Counted from the first letter of the stretch, positions 39,060 to 47,871 are shown. The stretch: DNA of 51,414 bases from Candidatus Micrarchaeota archaeon (GCA_029557835.1 JAKQHW010000011.1:1-51414); one strand, 5' to 3'. Notes: a model not told the origin generated them from the letters alone. Program-made: numbers and translations.

Positions 39060-40395
39060 AGAACCTACCCTGGTATTCCGAAAAGAACTCCTGGAACCCC
39101 CTCTTTTTCCTTATGAACGATTCCCGTTCCTTCAGCTCCTGCCGGGCCTCTTTTGCGCTGAGCCCGAGGGAGGAAGAGGCGGCGGCCATTAGTTCCGAGG
39201 CGTCCCCGAACCTCCATGAATCCGAGCCGTTGTCGTATGAGATGATGGGCTTCATCGATGGGCCGAAGCAGAGCTCCGCCATCCTCCTTATCTCAGTGTT
39301 TCTCCTCTTGCGGGGGTCGTAGCGAAGCATCCTCCTCTGGACCACTATCGCGCCTATGCTGTTGAAGTCCGCCTCGCTTATTCCGAAGAGCCTGAGCCTG
39401 CGGAGCGTCTCCTCCGCGCTCTGGGCGTGGAAGGTGGCATAGCAGCCCCGGGCCTGCCCCCCGAGGAGCGCATCGAATAGCGCGGATGCCTCATCGGCGT
39501 TCCTCACTTCGCCAACTATCAGGCGGTCAGGCCGCATCCGGAGCGTATCATACACAAGCTCGCGGAGCGGGATGCCCATCTCCTCGTTCGCAACCAGCCT
39601 CGCCTTGTGGGGATGGGGGACGTTTATTTCTGGGCTTTCCTCGGTTATGACTATGCGCTCGTCCGCGGGTATGAAGGAGAAAAGGGAGTTGAGGGTTGTC
39701 GTCTTTCCGCTTGCGGTGTTTCCGGAAATTATGAGGGAAATGTCGGACTGCATGGCCAGGGAGAGCAATGCGATTGCGCGGGCCGGGAACGCTCCTGATG
39801 AAACAAGCTCGTGCGGTGAGAACGGGCTCTCGGTGAAGCGCCTTATCGTGAGCTCCCCTTCCGAAAGCGGGGGCAGGCTGGCGTGCATCCTCGAGCCGTC
39901 CGGGAGTATCGCGTTTAGCTTTGGGCGCTGCAGGGTTATCCTCCTCCCGATGTTCTTGCCCATCTTGTTTATCACCTCGGCAAGGGCGTCCATGGAGGTG
40001 AATTCCGCATTCACCGCCTTCCAGCCCTCCTTCCTGATGTAGACGTACGCGGGCTTGCCTATGCCCACCACGCTTATCTCCTCTATGGACCTGTCCTCCA
40101 GCAGCGGGTCTATGAAAGCGAACCCGTAGATGTGGAGGAAGCACATCCTCGGGAGGTAGGAAGACTGCTCTCGGTCGAGGATTATCCCGTTGCGCTGGGC
40201 AGTGGAAGCTATTATGGACCGTATAGAGCCGAGGACCTCCTCCTTTGAGCGGAAATCCTTGGTGCGCGCCTCATCCCGGAAAGCCTCCTCGGAAAGGGAT
40301 ATCAGCTCCTCTTCCTCAGGGCTCAGCCGCGGAAGCGGAAGCCTGTATTCCCCGCCGCTATTTATCTTCCAGCCCAGCATCAAAATCAACCTCAT
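39040..40395 (-). CDS. type II/IV secretion-system ATPase (FlaI/ArlI/PilB-VirB11 family)
   Basis: It has Walker A ISGNTASGKTTTLN, the Asp box/Walker B RLIVGEVR and the His box ATFHA. Confidence 0.85.
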   Translation of the reverse strand: MRLILMLGWKINSGGEYRLPLPRLSPEEEELISLSEEAFRDEARTKDFRSKEEVLGSIRSIIASTAQRNGIILDREQSSYLPRMCFLHIYGFAFIDPLLEDRSIEEISVVGIGKPAYVYIRKEGWKAVNAEFTSMDALAEVINKMGKNIGRRITLQRPKLNAILPDGSRMHASLPPLSEGELTIRRFTESPFSPHELVSSGAFPARAIALLSLAMQSDISLIISGNTASGKTTTLNSLFSFIPADERIVITEESPEINVPHPHKARLVANEEMGIPLRELVYDTLRMRPDRLIVGEVRNADEASALFDALLGGQARGCYATFHAQSAEETLRRLRLFGISEADFNSIGAIVVQRRMLRYDPRKRRNTEIRRMAELCFGPSMKPIISYDNGSDSWRFGDASELMAAASSSLGLSAKEARQELKERESFIRKKRGFQEFFSEYQGRFYGSGKS

Positions 40396-40708
40396 CCCCT
40401 ACGGAGAAAAGCGCCCCGTCCGCCAGCCCTGCCTCCAGCAGGTAGCGGGCTGGCCCGGCGTTCCTGTGGAGCAGGCGGAACGGGCCGACGAGCGCCTTCT
40501 CGGTGACTTTTTTCCCTTCGCTTATGTAAATGGCGTAGAACGGGAAGAAAACGAAGAGGGAGTGGATGGGGTGTATCGCCTCTTCCCGGAAATCGAAAAG
40601 GATGTTGACCTGATTGGGGCGGAACATCAGGCCGCGGATTTGCGGCAGGATGGAGAACGCAGTGAGGCACCGGATTTGCTTTCCACTTGTCCTGTTCCCC
40701 ACAATCAT
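40358..40708 (-). CDS. DUF192 (COG1430)-like protein
   Basis: IRGLMFR, ILFDF, FVFFPFYAIYISEGKKV and ARYLLEAGLADGALFSVGDEV follow the DUF192 pattern. The start forms an ATGA overlap with the uppS stop. Confidence 0.55.
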   Translation of the reverse strand: MIVGNRTSGKQIRCLTAFSILPQIRGLMFRPNQVNILFDFREEAIHPIHSLFVFFPFYAIYISEGKKVTEKALVGPFRLLHRNAGPARYLLEAGLADGALFSVGDEVDFDAGLEDK

Positions 40709-41394
40709 TTTCCGAACCTTCGCCCAGTGTTTTCGTAGAATTTAAGCGCGGCCATGAAATCATCCCTTGTGAAATCCGGCCAGAGCTTCTGCGAGAAATA
40801 AAGCTCGCTGTATGCGGACTGCCATGGGAGGAGCCCGCTCAGGCGCTGTTCCCCGGAAGTGCGTATTACCAGGTCCGGGTCCGGGATGCCCGCGGTATAC
40901 AGGTGGGAAGAGATCGATTCCTCGGTTATCTCCTTCCCTTCCTTCAAAACCGCTTTCACCGCGTCGACTATCTCCGCCCTGCCCCCGTATGCGAGCAGGA
41001 GGTTGAGCTGGTAATCCCCCTTGCCCGCGGTGAGCCTCTCCACCTCCTGGAAAAGGCCCTGCACCTCGCTGGGGAATAGGGATGTGCGGCCAAGGAAGCG
41101 CACCCGGACGCCATATCTGTCCTTCTCTTCCTTGCGCCTGACCGCCTCGATGAGGTTGCGCTGGAAGAGCCCGAAGAGCTTCCTTATCTCCTCGGGGTCC
41201 CGCTGGAAGTTCTCGGTGCTGAAGCCCCACATCGTGAGGATGGGCACCCCCTCCTCCCTGCACCACTTCGCCACGTCCGCGATCTTCTCTATCCCTATGC
41301 GGTACGCCTCCTCGCGGCTGATTCCGTGCTGTTCGCCCCATCTCCGGTTTCCGTCTGGTATTATGACAACGTGTTTCGGCCTGGGCTGGTCCAT
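40705..41394 (-). CDS. uppS: cis-prenyltransferase (undecaprenyl/dehydrodolichyl diphosphate synthase)
   Basis: HVVIIPDGNRRWG..., TMWGFSTENFQR and RTSGEQRLSGLLPWQSAYSELYF are present. Confidence 0.9.
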   Translation of the reverse strand: MDQPRPKHVVIIPDGNRRWGEQHGISREEAYRIGIEKIADVAKWCREEGVPILTMWGFSTENFQRDPEEIRKLFGLFQRNLIEAVRRKEEKDRYGVRVRFLGRTSLFPSEVQGLFQEVERLTAGKGDYQLNLLLAYGGRAEIVDAVKAVLKEGKEITEESISSHLYTAGIPDPDLVIRTSGEQRLSGLLPWQSAYSELYFSQKLWPDFTRDDFMAALKFYENTGRRFGK

Positions 41395-41397
41395 CCG

Positions 41398-42396
41398 TCA
41401 CCACTCCTTCATATGCAGCGCGAAGTCTATGAGCCGGTTCGAGTATCCCCACTCGTTGTCGTACCAGGAGAAAACCTTCGCGAAATTCCCTGTTGCGCTT
41501 GTGAGCTGGGAATCGACTATCGATGAATGGGGGTTCCCGATTATGTCGCAAGAGACTATCGGGTCCTCCGTGTACTGCAGGACGCCCTTCATCTGGCCCT
41601 CTGCGGCTGCCTTGAGGGCGGCATTGACTTCATCCCTGGTGGCCTCTTTGTTGAGCTCCACGGAGAGGTCCACCAGCGAGCCGTCAGGGACAGGCACGCG
41701 GAGGGCAACGCCGTCCATCCTGCCCTTCATCTCCGGGATGACCTCGCCTATCGCCTTGGCTGCGCCGGTCGTGGTCGGGATGATTGAAACCGCGGCCGCC
41801 CGCGCGCGCCTGAGGTCCTTGTGGCTGCCGTCCACCACGTTCTGGTCGTTGGTGTAAGCGTGCACGGTGGTCATGTAGCCCCGCCTGACCCCGAACGAGT
41901 CGACAAGCACCTTCAAGACCGGGGCGAGGCAGTTGGTGGTGCATGACGCCAGGGAAAACACCTTTGCGTTCCTGTCTGCCTGCCCCATGTTCACCCCAGG
42001 GACAATGGACTGGCAGCCCTTGGCAGGGGCGGAGATGAGCACGCGCCTGGCTCCGGCCTCCATGTGCTTGCCCGCCTCGGCTGCGTCCTTGAATATGCCA
42101 GTGGACTCTATGACAAGGTCTACGTTGTGCGCCTTCCAGGGTATCTTCGCCGGGTCGGTTTCCCTTGTCCAGGGTATCCCATATCCGTTTATCACGATGG
42201 ATTTGTCGGTGGCCTTCACGGTCCCCTGGAAAGGGCCCATGACCGAATCGTACTTGAACAGGTGCGCATTCACGAACTGGTCGCTCCGGTTGTTTATCTG
42301 CGCAATTTCGATGCCTTTCCCCACAAGCCCGCGCTCAAAGGCGGCCCGGAGGAACATCCTCCCTATCCTTCCAAAACCCGAAATTCCTATCCTCAT
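41398..42396 (-). CDS. gap: glyceraldehyde-3-phosphate dehydrogenase, class I (bacterial/eukaryotic type)
   Basis: It has GISGFGRIGR, the active site ASCTTNCLAP and WYDNEWGYS. I trimmed the ORF to the ATG at 42396. Confidence 0.9.
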   Translation of the reverse strand: MRIGISGFGRIGRMFLRAAFERGLVGKGIEIAQINNRSDQFVNAHLFKYDSVMGPFQGTVKATDKSIVINGYGIPWTRETDPAKIPWKAHNVDLVIESTGIFKDAAEAGKHMEAGARRVLISAPAKGCQSIVPGVNMGQADRNAKVFSLASCTTNCLAPVLKVLVDSFGVRRGYMTTVHAYTNDQNVVDGSHKDLRRARAAAVSIIPTTTGAAKAIGEVIPEMKGRMDGVALRVPVPDGSLVDLSVELNKEATRDEVNAALKAAAEGQMKGVLQYTEDPIVSCDIIGNPHSSIVDSQLTSATGNFAKVFSWYDNEWGYSNRLIDFALHMKEW

Positions 42397-42448
42397 CTCA
42401 ACACCCAAAAATTGATGGTATAATGATAGGAAAATTTTATAATGGGGT

Positions 42449-44518
42449 TCATGCGCTGCCGCTGCGTGGTGCGGCGTTCTCAAGCAGGAGCTGCCGGACA
42501 TCGGGTGTAATCGACCTGCTTTCCACCATTATGTAATGCCCGCCCCCCTTGGAGAATATTATGGAATTCCGTATGTTGAGGAGGCCTTCCGGCAGGCTCT
42601 CGGGCCTGCAGTTCAGGCGGAAGAGATAGAACCAGAAGTTGCCGGAGGTCATGATGCTGGTGCAGCCGAGGGGGTTGTTGCTGTCCCTGTGCTCCGAGGC
42701 CTGGGCGACCGTGGAGCCGAGCGAGGAGAAGAATTTCATCCTTGTCTCAAAAAGGCGTTCCTCCGCAGGGTCGAAGAAGGAGGATGGGGGCGCGTATATG
42801 ACGGCACCTTTTATGAATTCAACGAATTCCGGCCTGTTCGTGGGTAGGGCCGGGCCCCCGGAAGCGGGAGGAACGCTGGCTTCGGCGCCTGTTTCGGGGC
42901 CTGAATCGGTGGAGCCGCCCCTCAGGGCTGCGGCCACAGGGATGACGAGGGGGGTCGGGAGGGGGGTGTCCTCATCCAGCTGCCTTTCGGCCTTTTCGCA
43001 GGGCATGACAGTTATGCGCACCTTGCCTCCGTTTGGCAGCAAAACGTCGTGGCTCCTTGCCTGGGTTATGGAAGGGGTAAGGAACATCCTTGTGGACAGG
43101 CTGGACAGGTGCCCCTCTAGCCTTGCCGTAGCTTCGGTGAAATGCATGTTGGTGATTACCTGGTGTTCACCGCCGCGGATGGCCAGGATTGCAAAATCCC
43201 CGCCATCCCCTATGAATTCGTCTTCCGGCGTCCATGATGCGCCGAAGCCTCTTGCGAACTCCCTCACCGAATTGTGGGCCAGGATAACAAGCTCTTCGGC
43301 AGGGGAAAGGCGCGGGGATTCCGCAGGGGTTTCAAAGAAGGAGGCCCTGGAGGGGGTGATGCTGAAACTGGAGCCTTCGGCATCCGGCATGCGGATGAGG
43401 TAAACGCAGTTCTGCTCAGACACCCTGCCTGATGGATCCGGCCTTACGAAGCAGGCGTACATGGACGGGTCTATGAAGGAAAGCTCTCCGGCCGCATCCC
43501 TGCTCCCGTCCGCTATTTTCGCCGGATGTATGCCCTTGGAAAGAAGGTATTTCGAAGTGCCTACGATTATTTCGACAAGCCTCGGGAGCATCGGTGTCTC
43601 GACCCCGCCTACCCTGCAGGTCGCGTCCCTGAAGCGCCTCTCAAGTTCCGGATCCTTGACCGCACGGGCGTCCCGGAAATGGCTGGCATCGACGTTCAGG
43701 TAATTGGTGGATATCCTGCAGGCTGCAAGAATTGAATATATCCTGGATGCCGGCTTGCCCGCGCCTGGTTTCTGGGATGCCTCTTCCGGAGCAGGCGGGG
43801 CTTCGCAAATGGGCCTGGCCACCCGGTTTCCGAATGCGTCGGTATATTGCTTGGGGGATGGCGCTGGGAGGTCTATGGAAGGGGCGGACTCCCTTATGCT
43901 CTCGGCTGCGGCGACTGCGGACTCCGTGGCCGGATGGGACTTGCAGAAATCGAATATCGCCCTTTCCGCATCCCTATGCGTCATGAAAAGGAAGCGGAGC
44001 GTGCCTGGCGGCTTGTCAAGGCGGATGCTTCGCATGTTGGTCATGCAGTCAACAAGGTTTCCGAATTCCGAAAGCGCGGACAGCGGGGCGTTGGTGAAGA
44101 CGAAGCGCCTGCAGACCGGCTCGCCGCAATGGAGCACCGCCAGCCTGAGCCGTATGGTTTCTCCGCTTTCAGGGTCGGTGAATTTCGCGGATGACACGTA
44201 TTCGACAGCGGAGACGAGCGATTCGCTTATGGACTGGGCGCGGATCGGCCTGCCCCTTGTGTCCCGTATCCTCTGGCCGAGCCGGTTCTCCGCCTCCATG
44301 GCCGGGCCAATCGCCCTCTGCATATCCGGCACCAGCTGCCTGCCCGTTTCAGGAAGAAGGCCCTTTGCAGGCGGGGAAATGACCGAGGCATCTATCCTGC
44401 TTATCAGCTGTGCGGTATCGCTCGTTGCCTTGTATGCGCCTGGCCTGAAGCCCGGGGTGTGGACCGGGAGCTCCATCGTGGGGATGTCTCCCTTGTACCT
44501 GTCCCTGTATTGCATCAT
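42449..44518 (-). CDS. large orphan protein (689 aa), no recognisable domain
   Basis: It is the longest frame by far in this interval. The ATG at 44518 lies ~30 nt downstream of TTTATAAA (the ORF track opens at TTG 44539). It has no TM helix, no NTPase motif and no metal motif. Confidence 0.5.
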   Translation of the reverse strand: MMQYRDRYKGDIPTMELPVHTPGFRPGAYKATSDTAQLISRIDASVISPPAKGLLPETGRQLVPDMQRAIGPAMEAENRLGQRIRDTRGRPIRAQSISESLVSAVEYVSSAKFTDPESGETIRLRLAVLHCGEPVCRRFVFTNAPLSALSEFGNLVDCMTNMRSIRLDKPPGTLRFLFMTHRDAERAIFDFCKSHPATESAVAAAESIRESAPSIDLPAPSPKQYTDAFGNRVARPICEAPPAPEEASQKPGAGKPASRIYSILAACRISTNYLNVDASHFRDARAVKDPELERRFRDATCRVGGVETPMLPRLVEIIVGTSKYLLSKGIHPAKIADGSRDAAGELSFIDPSMYACFVRPDPSGRVSEQNCVYLIRMPDAEGSSFSITPSRASFFETPAESPRLSPAEELVILAHNSVREFARGFGASWTPEDEFIGDGGDFAILAIRGGEHQVITNMHFTEATARLEGHLSSLSTRMFLTPSITQARSHDVLLPNGGKVRITVMPCEKAERQLDEDTPLPTPLVIPVAAALRGGSTDSGPETGAEASVPPASGGPALPTNRPEFVEFIKGAVIYAPPSSFFDPAEERLFETRMKFFSSLGSTVAQASEHRDSNNPLGCTSIMTSGNFWFYLFRLNCRPESLPEGLLNIRNSIIFSKGGGHYIMVESRSITPDVRQLLLENAAPRSGSA

Positions 44519-44588
44519 AATCGTATATAAAAGTGTCAAATTGTGTTTATAAACCTAATGGAAACCTGATAGCGCGCCTCGGGGTCAT

Positions 44589-45197
44589 TCAGTAAGCCTC
44601 GCCGGGCTGGTTGTTGCCGTTGACGTTACGCCTGTTGTTGAGGGCGCCGGCGTTGTGGACCAGAGGCCTGACTCCCTCGCCCGCAATCCTGTAGAGCCAC
44701 CTTTTCTCATCTTCAGGAAGGCGCCCAAACTTCTCTGCGGAAACAACGAGCGGAATCCTCGCAATATCGTGGGGCTTACCGGGCACCCATTTATCAGAAA
44801 CCTGCGTTATGCCATCAAGAACTATTACGGACTGCGCGTGTACGATGACCTTGCCGTTCTCTTCTCCCACATCCTCGGGCACGACAAAAAGCCCGACTCC
44901 CTTTCTGCCGACCGCTTCTTTCGGCACATGGCTGGCTGGAAGAATCATCCCAGTAAGTGCGTCTTTAACGTCCTTTCCACCTTGGAAAACGCCATTTTTC
45001 TCCGGGTGTGCAAGCAGTTCATCCGCCCAGAAGCCGTAAACCCTGTTCCTCCACACATAGGCGTCAAGCAGAGGGTGTGGAGGAAGCCCCATCTTCCTCT
45101 CTGCGACTGCCTTCCTTGCGTCAAGGTAGCGCGCATCCCTCCCAAGCTGCACAATTTCCCTAGTCTGAGTATTGGAGTTCATGATAATATAGTGCAT
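44589..45197 (-). CDS. orphan protein (202 aa)
   Basis: The ORF has ordinary composition and is tightly packed between the ATPase and the 689-aa gene. I recognise no motif. Confidence 0.45.
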   Translation of the reverse strand: MHYIIMNSNTQTREIVQLGRDARYLDARKAVAERKMGLPPHPLLDAYVWRNRVYGFWADELLAHPEKNGVFQGGKDVKDALTGMILPASHVPKEAVGRKGVGLFVVPEDVGEENGKVIVHAQSVIVLDGITQVSDKWVPGKPHDIARIPLVVSAEKFGRLPEDEKRWLYRIAGEGVRPLVHNAGALNNRRNVNGNNQPGEAY

Positions 45198-45230
45198 GGA
45201 AATCTTAAAAAGCCATCTTTTAACACATAT

Positions 45231-46601
45231 TTACTGCCTGCCCATCCCGACTATCTTATCAGGGCTGAACAGCAGGACGCCTTCGGTTTCCTTCAGCGAA
45301 AACCCGCTCCTGGAAAACAAAACCCATACGACCGGCTTTTTGGTGCGGGCAACGAGCGCCTTTGCGGATTCCCGCAGGGAGGAAAGCTCCGCCTCCCCGC
45401 TCTTTTCGCCCGTCCATTTGCAGCCGCCGATGTAGAGCGCCTTGTCTGTTTCCACAACAATATCCACGTCCCTCTGCTCGAATTTTCCCTCCTGCACCTC
45501 AACGGCTCCCCACCACCTGCCGGAGCGGGCAATCTTCTCGTCCCTGCCTTCAAGATGGGATTCCAGAAGGCCCCTGCAGAGGAACTCAAAACGCCTGCCG
45601 AGGAACGCGGCCATCTCCTCTTTTGAGGGCGGAGAGCGCTTCCCATAGACGAGGGAAAACCAGAACGCGATTGTATTGTCGGTTATGGAATACAACCCCT
45701 TCTTGCTCTTCAGGGGGTTCTGGCCGAACGGAACCGTCCGCTCCACCATGCGGAACTCCTTCTGGAGCGCCTTCATGTATTTTGCTAGCGTGGTGGAGCG
45801 CATGCCGAGCTTCTGGGAAATCTCTGCCATGGAAACGTAGCCGCCGTGTATAGCCTCAAGTATCGCGTAATATTTGGAGTACGCGCCGCCGAACTCCTGT
45901 TTCAGGACGTTTTCGCCCTCCTCCCTCAGCTGCGCGCCAGCCTCAAAGAAAAGTGAGCGGATTGCGGCGTGGAATTCCTTTTCCTCCCCTTTCTCGACCA
46001 GCACATAATAATATGGTATCCCGCCGAAAATACAGAAGAACCGTATTTTTTCCTCCAGCTCCCTTATCCCTATTCCATCCAATAATTCCATAACCGTGCT
46101 GAAAGGCAGCGGCGGGAGCAGGATTGTGTTCGTGGCGCGGTTGAAGAGCGGGGCTTTCTGCACGGCGAAAAGCTTGTTCATCATCCCCATGTATGAGCCG
46201 GAGAAGACCAGGAGGATGTCTTTTTTGTCCTTGTACCTGTCCCAGAGCCGCTGCATCTCGTACGGGATTGCCTTGTTCACCTCAAGGACGTTCGGGAACT
46301 CGTCCATGCATACGAGGTCAAAACCGTGCTCGAACATGTATTCCACGGCCTCCCTGAAAGTGCCGAAGGATGGGGAATAACCTGCAACCGCCCTTATCTC
46401 GTCTTCGATATCCTTGGCGACCTGCTTCTCCTCTTTCGGGACTATCAGCACGCTTACCGCCTTCTTCCCCTGTATGAACTCCTCTATTAGCCTGCTCTTG
46501 CCAACCCTCCTCCTGCCGCTTATCACCGCCATGTCCGCTCCATCCCTTGCATATGCCTTCTCAAGGACGGCAAGTTCCTTCTCCCTGTCGTAGAATTTCA
46601 T
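45231..46601 (-). CDS. Arch_ATPase-family AAA ATPase with wHTH and C-terminal DUF234 (nuclease-fold-like) domain
   Basis: It starts FYDREKEL, has Walker A ISGRRRVGKS and Walker B LVCMDEF, a wHTH (YVSMAEISQKLGMRSTTLAKYMKAL) and DUF234-like RWWG...DVDIVVE...GGCKW. Confidence 0.8.
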   Translation of the reverse strand: MKFYDREKELAVLEKAYARDGADMAVISGRRRVGKSRLIEEFIQGKKAVSVLIVPKEEKQVAKDIEDEIRAVAGYSPSFGTFREAVEYMFEHGFDLVCMDEFPNVLEVNKAIPYEMQRLWDRYKDKKDILLVFSGSYMGMMNKLFAVQKAPLFNRATNTILLPPLPFSTVMELLDGIGIRELEEKIRFFCIFGGIPYYYVLVEKGEEKEFHAAIRSLFFEAGAQLREEGENVLKQEFGGAYSKYYAILEAIHGGYVSMAEISQKLGMRSTTLAKYMKALQKEFRMVERTVPFGQNPLKSKKGLYSITDNTIAFWFSLVYGKRSPPSKEEMAAFLGRRFEFLCRGLLESHLEGRDEKIARSGRWWGAVEVQEGKFEQRDVDIVVETDKALYIGGCKWTGEKSGEAELSSLRESAKALVARTKKPVVWVLFSRSGFSLKETEGVLLFSPDKIVGMGRQ

Positions 46602-47097
46602 GTTCTCACCAGAGTTATCCTGTTGCTGGATAATCCTATGGCAGGATAACTTATTAAATATACCGGCTTAACAATAACTTAACATAACTCACGTCGGTGA
46701 GTGGATTATTGTTAAGTATTGTTAAATTAATGATGGTCGCCTATTTTATGCATCTAACTGAACAAAAATCCCAATTTCTTTCATTATACTGAAGGCTTTA
46801 GGATACGCGGGCGCTTCGGCCTTCTGTGAATCGTTAAATCTCATTACGTAAAGTTTAAGCTGGATTTATTTGACGAAAACGCCAGGAATGCAATTCTTCC
46901 GTCTTAAAATATTAAGCGGTTTATGATTTAATGCAATTTAATGTAAATGTCGAACCGTCATTAGTAAGTCGCTCCGTTTTAATCATTTACCCTTCGCTCA
47001 GGCGGAAAAGGAGAGAGAATGGAAGCTGTAAAACCTGATTTTGCAGACGTAGTGGCTGGAAACCCGAAACTGGAAACTGGAAACAAAATCAATGATT
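46602..47097. other. ~500-bp AT-rich gene-free region with palindromes and CTGGAAAC repeats
   Basis: GC is visibly far below the flanks (e.g. 21 of 60 in 46681-46740). No ORF of 60 aa or more lies within 46602-46978. Inverted repeats are 46614-22/46642-50 and 46667-77/46706-16, with an inner hairpin at 46687-46702. CTGGAAAC occurs at 47056-63, 47070-77 and 47077-84. Confidence 0.6.
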
Positions 47098-47169
47098 TGG
47101 GCCCGAAGGGAATCGAACCCTCGATCTCTACCATGTCAGGGTAGCGTCTTACCATTCGACTACGGGCCC
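47098..47169 (-). tRNA. tRNA-Val (anticodon GAC)
   Basis: The reverse complement is GGGCCCGTAGTCGAATGGTAAGACGCTACCCTGACATGGTAGAGATCGAGGGTTCGATTCCCTTCGGGCCCA. TTATAT lies 26 nt upstream of position 1. Confidence 0.9.
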
Positions 47170-47232
47170 TACTCGTAAAGGCTAAGTTCCAACAGATATA
47201 AGGGCGCAAATGGTTTTTAAACGGTTGCAGGG

Positions 47233-47871
47233 TCAGGAAGCCGGGAGCACCTCGACTTCTACCAGCGAGCCAATGTGGAGGCTGAGTTCCGTCATAAGAT
47301 GGACCGGAGCGATTAACTCCACCACAGAAAGGCCGTGCTGGGAGCGCCTCGGGAAGATGACTGCCCCTTCCATTCCGCCTACCCTGCACCGGTACGCCTC
47401 GATGGGGCCGTATGCCTTCCCCTTATGGCTAAACCCTGGTATCTCTATCGGCTTGCGGGTACGGAGCTCAAGCCGCAGTTCGAGGTCTTCGGGGGATACC
47501 TCGATATTGAGGGTGCCGGGATAGGGGGTGAAGCCCAGCCTTTCCTCTATCGCCTTCCTGTAGCCCGGGAGGGACATGTAGAACTTCCCTTCCTTGAAGC
47601 CCCCGACAACCTTCCCGTGGAGGATTATCGGCCCGCCTTCGAAAAGCTTCTTCAGCATGGAAAACTGGGAGAAAAGGGCGCGGGAGGCCTTCCTTGTCAG
47701 CATAATCCCATTTCCGGAACGCTCCGCAAGCCCCTCCATCTCAAGCGAACGGATGCGGACAGAGGCGTTCTGCTGGCTCATGCCGAGAAGGCGCCCAAGC
47801 TCTGCGGTGGTGATGCGGACCGGCCTGCCGAGGGCGCCCTTCCTTGCGAGAAGCAGGATTGCCTCGTCCAT
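47233..47871 (-). CDS. ribK: CTP-dependent riboflavin kinase with N-terminal winged-helix domain (RbkR-like)
   Basis: The N-terminal wHTH is TTAELGRLLGMSQQNASVRIRSLE. The archaeal RibK core is GFTPYPGTLNIEV... Confidence 0.85.
   Translation of the reverse strand: MDEAILLLARKGALGRPVRITTAELGRLLGMSQQNASVRIRSLEMEGLAERSGNGIMLTRKASRALFSQFSMLKKLFEGGPIILHGKVVGGFKEGKFYMSLPGYRKAIEERLGFTPYPGTLNIEVSPEDLELRLELRTRKPIEIPGFSHKGKAYGPIEAYRCRVGGMEGAVIFPRRSQHGLSVVELIAPVHLMTELSLHIGSLVEVEVLPAS

Noticed and set aside
42449-47169. Integrated mobile element or provirus at tRNA-Val(GAC)
   Set aside because: There is no integrase, no partial duplicate of the tRNA 3' half that I could find as an att site, and the gene composition looks like the rest of the window. 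The idea is kept only as a low-probability alternative in the findings.
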